Positions 57,935-64,000 of a DNA stretch of 64,000 nt are shown here, in pieces. The stretch lies in contig CAYHNH010000001.1 of assembly GCA_964358005.1 (NCBI GenBank), positions 11,625 through 75,624 on the forward strand. Reading direction: 5' to 3'. Under the pieces are notes generated by a model. The model had not been told where the DNA came from, did not search any database, and saw only the letters and a list, made by a program, of their open reading frames with translations. Made by a program: the position numbers and the translations under genes. Position 1 is the first letter of the stretch; each line of letters begins with the position of its first letter. The DNA is from an uncultured Candidatus Saccharibacteria bacterium (GTDB lineage: Bacteria > Patescibacteriota > Minisyncoccia > Phycocordibacterales > PALSA-1337).

Positions 57935-58393
57935 TCAATTTAATTGTATTGTGTACACCCCCTCTCTGATCTCGGATCTCAACCAGCCGCCACCAGAGAA
58001 ATCCGCCTGCCCGAGCCCCACATTTTCTGGCCACTCGATCATCACCAGATTATGCGGATCAGCCACGACATCCTCGAACCTCAAAGCCTCCAGATCTTCA
58101 CGCTTCTCTAGCCTATACGCATCTATATGGACCAGTCTCTTGAAAATATCGTCCCTAGTCTCATAGATCTTCATGATGACAAAAGTCGGACTAGTGACGA
58201 TCTCCTCGATCCCGAGCTCCTTCGCCACCGCCTTCACAAAGGCCGTCTTGCCTGCCCCCAGGTGGCCGCTTAGGCCCGCCACAAAAGCTCCGCCTGTTTC
58301 GCTGGCAGTCACCCGCCCTTCTGACACCTGCGCCAGCCATTCAGCGGCTATGCTGGCCGTATCTTCAAGCGAACGCGACTCCATGTATTTCAT
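57935..58393 (-). CDS. tsaE: tRNA threonylcarbamoyladenosine biosynthesis ATPase TsaE
   Basis: LSGHLGAGKT, VTSPTF, HIDAYRL, IEWPE. Confidence 0.93.
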   Translation of the reverse strand: MKYMESRSLEDTASIAAEWLAQVSEGRVTASETGGAFVAGLSGHLGAGKTAFVKAVAKELGIEEIVTSPTFVIMKIYETRDDIFKRLVHIDAYRLEKREDLEALRFEDVVADPHNLVMIEWPENVGLGQADFSGGGWLRSEIREGVYTIQLN

Positions 58394-58475
58394 GAGCGAA
58401 TCATACATCATGGCCTTAAAAACAAAAAACCGCGGGGTCGAACCGCGGCAGTAACAGATCCAAGCTCGGAGCAGA

Positions 58476-58733
58476 TCAGCGGCGTGAGTGGCGCGCTGGC
58501 TGATGATGCGGGCTCCCGCCGTGATGGCCACGGTAGCCATTGCCCCCGAAGTAGGTAGGCCACCAGTAGTAGCCGCTGTAACCCGACCAGTATCCCGAGT
58601 AAGACGGCGCGTAATAACCTTGATACACCGGCACCGGAATGATGACGCGGTATCCGCCGCCCGGGTAGACCACACAGCCACCGAGCACGAACATTGCAAT
58701 GAGCAAGCAAACTCGAACAGCATTAGTTTTCAT
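58476..58733 (-). CDS. Small Tyr/Gly/His-rich lipoprotein
   Basis: Lipobox LGGC, YYAPSYSGYWSGYSGYYW; hairpin plus T-run at about 58418-58448. Confidence 0.6.
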   Translation of the reverse strand: MKTNAVRVCLLIAMFVLGGCVVYPGGGYRVIIPVPVYQGYYAPSYSGYWSGYSGYYWWPTYFGGNGYRGHHGGSPHHQPARHSRR

Positions 58734-58790
58734 AGAGGGAATTCAATCTTGTTATACACCCGCCCTATATATGGCGCAAGTGCCTCTGGT

Positions 58791-58870
58791 ATATTCGCTT
58801 CGCTCATATATCAACTGCGCTCGGACGTTGCGCCAGCAAGCTGTTGCACGTCCTCGCTTGTTGCTATAAT
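58791..58870 (+). repeat. 80-bp palindromic element, copy B, ending in TGCTATAAT
   Basis: Near-identical to 44429-44508. Confidence 0.9.
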
Positions 58871-58883
58871 CAAACCGACATTC

Positions 58884-60557
58884 ATGACCATTCATTTCGA
58901 CGAGGACAAACAGAACCAGAAGCTCAACGATCTCATACACCGTGAGGAAGAGGACCTCGTACAGCTCCTATCAGGAAAATACGGCATAGACTATGTGAAC
59001 CTACAGCTCTCGAACGTCAACACCGACGCCTTGCGCCTCATAGACGAAAAGACCGCCCGCGAGGTCAAAGTCGCGGCCTATGCCCTGCAGGACAAGAAGG
59101 TCAAGATAGGCGCCCGCAACCCAGACGACCCCAAGGTAAAGGCCCTCGTCGACGACCTCACCTCCAAGAGTTATAAACCGGAGATATCTATAGTCTCCAC
59201 TCAGAGCCTAGAGAAAGCCTGGAAGGCCTACAAGGACCTCTCCTTCGCCTACGAATCCCGCGGTGGCTCTCTCGAGATAGCGAGCGATGAGATAGCGAAC
59301 ATCATAAGCACCGCGCAGAGCCTCCCTGTCATCGTCTCCATTCTGGAAAATACGCTCAAAGGCAATAAGATGTACCGCGTATCGCGCATCCTGGAAACCA
59401 TGCTGGCCGGCGCACTGGCCATCGATGCCTCAGACGTGCACCTTGAGCCAGAGGAAGAATACATACGCCTCCGCTACCGCCTCGATGGCGTGCTCCATGA
59501 AGTCATCCGTTTCGACACGGAGACATATAACCTCGTCTTGTCCCGAATCAAGCTCATCTCGGGAATGAAGCTGAACATAAAGAAGGATTCCCAGGATGGT
59601 CGTTTCAGCATCCATCTTCCCATCGGAGAGATCGAGGTTCGCGTCTCCATCCTGCCCGGGGCGTATAACGAATCCATCGTGATGAGGCTCCTCAATCCGA
59701 AGTCCATAAATGTTCCCCTGGAGAGCCTCGGCATCCCGCCGAAACTCCTAGACATTCTCCTCAAGGAGATGAACAGACCAGACGGCATGATCCTGACTAC
59801 TGGTCCTACAGGATCCGGAAAGACGACCACCTTGTATGCATTCTTGAAAAAAGTGCACAGCCCCGACGTGAAGATCATAACCATCGAAGATCCCATCGAA
59901 TATCATCTGCCCGGTATAGTGCAGACCCAGGTCAACGACAAAGGATACAACTTCGTCGAGGGCCTCCGCGCTGCCGTCCGTCAGGATCCGGACATCATAA
60001 TGATCGGTGAGATTCGAGACGGCGAGACGGCGGCCATCGCCGTCAATTCCGCGCTCACTGGCCACCTAGTCTTCTCCACATTGCACACCAATGACGCCGC
60101 CGGAACATTCCCCCGTCTCATAGATCTGGGCGTCAGTCAGACTATCATTCCGTCAGCCTTACGCGTCTCTATGGCTCAGCGCCTCGTCAGGAAATTGTGT
60201 CCCGTCTGCAGGAAAGAAGCCCCGGTAGAAGGAGCCATCTTGGCGGAGATCCAGAAAACTCTCGACACCATAGAGGACAAGGCCCTTGTTACGACAGGTC
60301 CCATGAAGATGTGGCTGCCTGTCGGATGCGAGAAATGCAACAAGACCGGCTACAAAGGCCGTGTAGGCATATATGAAGCCATATTAATGAACCAAAATAT
60401 CGAGAAAGCAGTCCAGACGGGCTCGAGCGACCGCGAGATCTGGCAGGCTGCGATAGGACAAGGCCTGCTCACCATGAAACAGGACGGTGTATTGAAAGTG
60501 CTTTCAGGAATTACTTCTATCGAGGAGCTCGAGCGCGTAATTGCAGTTGGTGATTAG
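58884..60557 (+). CDS. GspE/PilB-family assembly ATPase
   Basis: ASDVHLEP, QDGRF, TGPTGSGKTTTLY, TIEDPIEY, RQDPD..GEIRD, LHTN, CxxC...CxxC. Confidence 0.94.
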   Translation: MTIHFDEDKQNQKLNDLIHREEEDLVQLLSGKYGIDYVNLQLSNVNTDALRLIDEKTAREVKVAAYALQDKKVKIGARNPDDPKVKALVDDLTSKSYKPEISIVSTQSLEKAWKAYKDLSFAYESRGGSLEIASDEIANIISTAQSLPVIVSILENTLKGNKMYRVSRILETMLAGALAIDASDVHLEPEEEYIRLRYRLDGVLHEVIRFDTETYNLVLSRIKLISGMKLNIKKDSQDGRFSIHLPIGEIEVRVSILPGAYNESIVMRLLNPKSINVPLESLGIPPKLLDILLKEMNRPDGMILTTGPTGSGKTTTLYAFLKKVHSPDVKIITIEDPIEYHLPGIVQTQVNDKGYNFVEGLRAAVRQDPDIIMIGEIRDGETAAIAVNSALTGHLVFSTLHTNDAAGTFPRLIDLGVSQTIIPSALRVSMAQRLVRKLCPVCRKEAPVEGAILAEIQKTLDTIEDKALVTTGPMKMWLPVGCEKCNKTGYKGRVGIYEAILMNQNIEKAVQTGSSDREIWQAAIGQGLLTMKQDGVLKVLSGITSIEELERVIAVGD

Positions 60558-60624
60558 TTGTGTTCTAACTAAAATATCCCCAAAAAGCAATTGCATTTTA
60601 GGGGGCAGTAAGTAGGATGAATTC

Positions 60625-60805
60625 AGAAGAGGAATCGAGCGCGTAAATCTCTAAGCAAAATCTCTCGGCGTGACGCCAAGAGCGAGGTAAAGTCCCGAGG
60701 ATAATTTCAGTAAGCGACACCGAAGCGTCGGAACCAACATGTCCTTAGCACTTTACCCAAACCTCGGAAGGCCTTTGCTTAGAGGTTTTCGGGCTCGAAC
60801 GAACT
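60625..60805 (+). ncRNA. Candidate 6S-like RNA
   Basis: Long irregular hairpin (TCGAGC/GCTCGA, CTCTAAGCAAA/TTTGCTTAGAG, central bubble, GGTAAAGT/ACTTTACC); promoter TTGCAT-16-TAGGAT. Confidence 0.55.
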
Positions 60806-60843
60806 GTATGTAGTCACGGAAAGTCTAGCATAAAGATATAGAT

Positions 60844-61854
60844 ATGTCAAGAACCGCTCAAAAGCCCAAAACCGAGGAAAAGGAGGCTGGCTTCCTTGAT
60901 CAAACCCTGCGGCCGGACCATTGGGACGAATACATAGGCCAGAAGAACATAAAAGATAACCTCCACATCCTCCTTCGAGCTGCCAAGGAACGCAATCATC
61001 CACCCGAGCATATCCTATTCTACGGCCCTCCTGGGCTGGGAAAGACGACTCTCGCCCATCTCATAGCCAAGGAAACGGGTTCGCAGATGAAGGTGACCTC
61101 GGGGCCAGCCATCATGAAAGTCGGCGATCTGGCCTCGGTCCTTACCAACCTCTCACCTGGGGACATCCTGTTCATAGACGAGGTGCACCGCCTGAACAAA
61201 GCGATCGAAGAAGTGCTCTACCCCGCCATGGAATCCGGCAAGCTCGACATCATCATTGGCAAAGGCCCATCAGCGCGAACGATCCAGCTAGACCTCCCCC
61301 CATTTACGCTCATAGCCGCAACGACGAGAGTGGCGATGATCTCTTCCCCGCTTAGATCGCGCTTTTCCGGAGGGGTATTTAAGCTCGAATTCTACTCTGA
61401 TAAAGAGATCGGCGACATTGTCCGCAGATCATCAAAGATCCTGGGTGTCTCTATAGATGATGACGCTGTAAATGAGATTGCCTGTCGCTCCAGGTTCACA
61501 CCTCGCACCGCCAACTACCACTTGAAGCGCTGTCGTGATTACGCACAGATAAATAAGACTGACTTGACGAAGGGCTCCGTCGACAAGGCCCTTGCTATGC
61601 TGGGAGTGGACTCGCTCGGGCTCACATCGGCAGACAGAGACATCCTCAAGACTTTGATACACAAATTCGGCGGCGGACCTGTGGGTCTAAGCACCATCGC
61701 TGCTGCCCTCTCGGAGGAACAGGCCACAATAGATGAAGTATACGAACCTTATTTGATCCAACTCGGTCTGCTCGAGAGGACGCCGCGAGGAAGGACGGTC
61801 ACAGACAAGGCCTATGCTCATCTGGGCGAGAAAGGCGCGGCGAAGCTTTTATAA
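60844..61854 (+). CDS. ruvB: Holliday junction helicase RuvB
   Basis: LRP...[39 protein letters not shown]. Confidence 0.97.
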   Translation: MSRTAQKPKTEEKEAGFLDQTLRPDHWDEYIGQKNIKDNLHILLRAAKERNHPPEHILFYGPPGLGKTTLAHLIAKETGSQMKVTSGPAIMKVGDLASVLTNLSPGDILFIDEVHRLNKAIEEVLYPAMESGKLDIIIGKGPSARTIQLDLPPFTLIAATTRVAMISSPLRSRFSGGVFKLEFYSDKEIGDIVRRSSKILGVSIDDDAVNEIACRSRFTPRTANYHLKRCRDYAQINKTDLTKGSVDKALAMLGVDSLGLTSADRDILKTLIHKFGGGPVGLSTIAAALSEEQATIDEVYEPYLIQLGLLERTPRGRTVTDKAYAHLGEKGAAKLL

Positions 61855-61944
61855 GGACGGACAAAAAAAGACGGAGGAGAGTCAGGGCGCTTGCGGCGCT
61901 CTTTCTCTTCTCCGTCCTCGAGTCCCGCGCGCCGAGGCGTGAGA

Positions 61945-62616
61945 CTATGGCTTGGCAGGAGTGCTGATCGGGCCTAGGACCGGCGCGCTGACGATGCTCC
62001 GCTTAGGGAGCGGGATCATGGGATCAGGTCCGGGAACCCCAGGAGTGACCGGGGTCCCCCCGTGAATGGAACACTGCACCTGACCCGGATACCAGGTGAT
62101 GGGCTGCTTGATGTAGCCCTTGCAATCCCCATTGTCATCAATGATGAGGACGTAGACATCGGTCTGCGGCCCCATCCCGGGATCATTCAACTGATAGCTG
62201 CCACCAGGAGAGACTGACGCGATGCCAAACTCCACTTTGTCTTCATCGATCGAAGCGATCACGCCGTCTCCAATCTGGAAGACCAGTCGCTCCAGCCGTT
62301 GGTTGATGAAGAGCACGCTTCCTCCGGAGGTTTTGACGCCTTCAGCAGGCCGCGGCAGGAGCAGGTTGTTGAAGACCGACCACTCCTTGAGGGGCGGACG
62401 ATCCGTCATCCGCACCTTGACGAGGTTGCCGATGCGCGTGCTGATGGGCGGCAGCTTCGGCGCCGGATTGGCCGGTGGGGTCACGACGCTAACCGGGGGT
62501 GCTGGGGGCGGAGGCGGCGGAACATTCGAGGAGTTGCGCCGAGGCAGGAGCGAACAGCCAGTCGAAGCCACGAGGACTCCGACGGCGATGAGGACACTGA
62601 CGAGTTTCGAGTGCAT
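61945..62616 (-). CDS. Pro-rich orphan lipoprotein
   Basis: Lipobox STGC; promoter TTGACT-17-TAACGT; terminator near 61863-61916. Confidence 0.6.
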   Translation of the reverse strand: MHSKLVSVLIAVGVLVASTGCSLLPRRNSSNVPPPPPPAPPVSVVTPPANPAPKLPPISTRIGNLVKVRMTDRPPLKEWSVFNNLLLPRPAEGVKTSGGSVLFINQRLERLVFQIGDGVIASIDEDKVEFGIASVSPGGSYQLNDPGMGPQTDVYVLIIDDNGDCKGYIKQPITWYPGQVQCSIHGGTPVTPGVPGPDPMIPLPKRSIVSAPVLGPISTPAKP

Positions 62617-62743
62617 AGGGAAAACTTTTCGGTTTGAAATGTGCGACACACTGACGTTTGCGACGTTACCACGACTTTAATGTGTAGTCAACCCTGTGTT
62701 GTAATGCGTGAGACAGCTCCGTCGCCTGGTGTATAATTGCTTC

Positions 62744-63274
62744 ATGTCAGGACACAATAAATTCTCAAAGATAAAGCATATCAAGGCCAAGAATGACGCC
62801 CAGAAGAGCAAGTCGTACGGAAAACTAGTGCGCCTCATCACCATGGAGGCAAAGAAAGCCGGTGGCAACCTCAACTCCCCTGGCTTGGTGACAGCCATCG
62901 AAAAAGCCCGCGAGGAGAATATGCCCAACGACACCATTGATCGTGCCGTAAAAAAGGCGACCACAGATAACAGCGCGGCGATGGAGTCCGTCGTGTACGA
63001 AGCATATGGTCCAGGCGGCATAGCCATCCTCATCGAGGCGCTCACGGATAACAGGAACAAGGCGGCACAAGAGATAAAGCACATCCTATCCATGCATGAT
63101 ATCGCCCTAGCGGCGCCAGGCAGCGCTTCCTGGGCCTTTCAGAAAGAAGGCACCGGATGGAAGCCGACCTCGACTATGCCGCTCGAGGATGCCGACGTCG
63201 AGAAACTCTCTGCCCTCGTTGCCGCCCTTGAGGAGAACGATGAGATCCAAGAGGTTTTTACAAACACCGAATAA
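62744..63274 (+). CDS. YebC/PmpR family protein (short)
   Basis: MSGHNKF..IKH.K, YEAYGPGG, TDNRN, LEE.DE.Q.VF.N. Confidence 0.93.
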   Translation: MSGHNKFSKIKHIKAKNDAQKSKSYGKLVRLITMEAKKAGGNLNSPGLVTAIEKAREENMPNDTIDRAVKKATTDNSAAMESVVYEAYGPGGIAILIEALTDNRNKAAQEIKHILSMHDIALAAPGSASWAFQKEGTGWKPTSTMPLEDADVEKLSALVAALEENDEIQEVFTNTE

Positions 63275-63747
63275 TGAGGATCATCGGCATCGACCCTGGC
63301 TATGACCGTCTGGGCATAGCCGTCATAGAAAAACCAAAAAAAGGCAAGGAGGTCCTGTTGTATTCTGACTGTTTCAAAACCCCGGCAAAAGACACTATCT
63401 ACTCAAGGCTACATTCCATAGGGCAAGAGATAGCTCGAGTGCTGGATGAATTCAAGCCTGATGAGCTCGCTATCGAAAACCTTTTTATAACCAAGAATCA
63501 AAAAACGGCCATGCGAGTAGCCGAAGCCCGCGGGATCATCATCTATGAGGCCGAGAGGCGAGATTTAACGATAAAAGAGTACACACCGATGCAAATAAAG
63601 CTGGCTGTGACCGGTGATGGCACGAGCGATAAGCTGCGCATGACCAAGATGGTGAGACTGCTCATAGAGGTGCCTGACAAACAGATGATCGACGACGAAT
63701 ACGACGCCATTGCCATAGCGCTGGCGCATTCTGCGATGAGGCACTGA
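63274..63747 (+). CDS. ruvC: Crossover junction endonuclease RuvC
   Basis: IGIDPG, AIE.LF, EARG, EYTP..IK.AVTG.G, DD..DAIAIA. Confidence 0.95.
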   Translation: MRIIGIDPGYDRLGIAVIEKPKKGKEVLLYSDCFKTPAKDTIYSRLHSIGQEIARVLDEFKPDELAIENLFITKNQKTAMRVAEARGIIIYEAERRDLTIKEYTPMQIKLAVTGDGTSDKLRMTKMVRLLIEVPDKQMIDDEYDAIAIALAHSAMRH

Positions 63748-63826
63748 ATTATCCCCAGCGCCAACTTGTTGCAAAAAATCCCTGCCCCTGTTACAAAATA
63801 GGACAATTAGCAATTAAAGGGGGAGC

Positions 63827-64000
63827 ATGCCGCATACAAAAAAACCCAAACCAATAGTGAAGGACGAGATCGAGGAAATTGTCCCAGCCAAGATAAAAAA
63901 GGAATTCGACCTGGAGGGTCATGAGATATTTCCGGCTGACAAGGTCGTCGAGGAGGTAGAGACACTGGAAGAAACTGCCGAAGGTGAGGAGGCCGAGGAG
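63827..64000 (+). CDS. Acidic hypothetical protein, 3'-truncated by window edge
   Basis: GGGGAG before ATG; open to the end (MPHTKKPKPIVKDEIEE...). Confidence 0.5.
   Translation, partial: MPHTKKPKPIVKDEIEEIVPAKIKKEFDLEGHEIFPADKVVEEVETLEETAEGEEAEE

Noticed and set aside
58394-58883. Long N-terminal extensions of TsaE and GspE
   Set aside because: They overlap a small lipoprotein gene and the 80-bp repeat, and family motifs begin at the downstream ATGs.
225-63813. Numerous 60-260 aa antisense or alternative-frame ORFs
   Set aside because: They are shadows of well-supported genes and have no motifs of their own.
1-64000. CRISPR array, rRNA, integrase/transposase, prophage, reverse transcriptase
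   Set aside because: No regularly spaced repeat-spacer array or recognisable motifs for these were seen.
1-64000. Alternative genetic code (UGA=Gly)
   Set aside because: Conserved genes such as ftsK, thyA, mutM-adjacent genes and ruvC are full-length under code 11, several end in TGA, and none is interrupted by it.

Overview
Gene-dense chromosomal segment of a genome-reduced bacterium, most likely Patescibacteria/CPR (Parcubacteria-like). This is inferred from rplK without an adjacent rplA, rpsF-ssb-rpsR without rplI, a short PolA, a short HolA-like protein, IleRS with an inserted histidine-phosphatase domain, type IV pilus genes and many near-leaderless genes. TGA is used as a stop codon. 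The window holds translation, replication and repair genes (ftsK, efp, recA, ssb, metG, glyQS, ileS, argS, recO, ruvA/B/C, mutM, polA), 8 tRNAs, cell-envelope and pilus genes, and a folate/thymidylate region. The most interesting items are: (1) a thyA-HIT / dCMP-deaminase fusion / cytidylyltransferase / DHFR module with a second divergent HIT gene; (2) a ~240-300 bp element present twice in inverted orientation (29.3 and 57.7 kb), with a conserved stop-free frame and two fixed-length hypervariable windows; (3) a family of short palindromic CGCTCGG...CCTCRCT elements abutting -10 boxes and tRNA 5' ends; (4) two unannotated structured RNA candidates (17.8 kb, and a 6S-like one at 60.7 kb); (5) a solitary plant-type KARI; (6) many self-contained promoter-orphan-terminator cassettes; and (7) two small genes missed by the ORF track (secE and a tandem SEC-C micro-protein). 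All calls are by eye from motifs; no database searches or folding programs were run.
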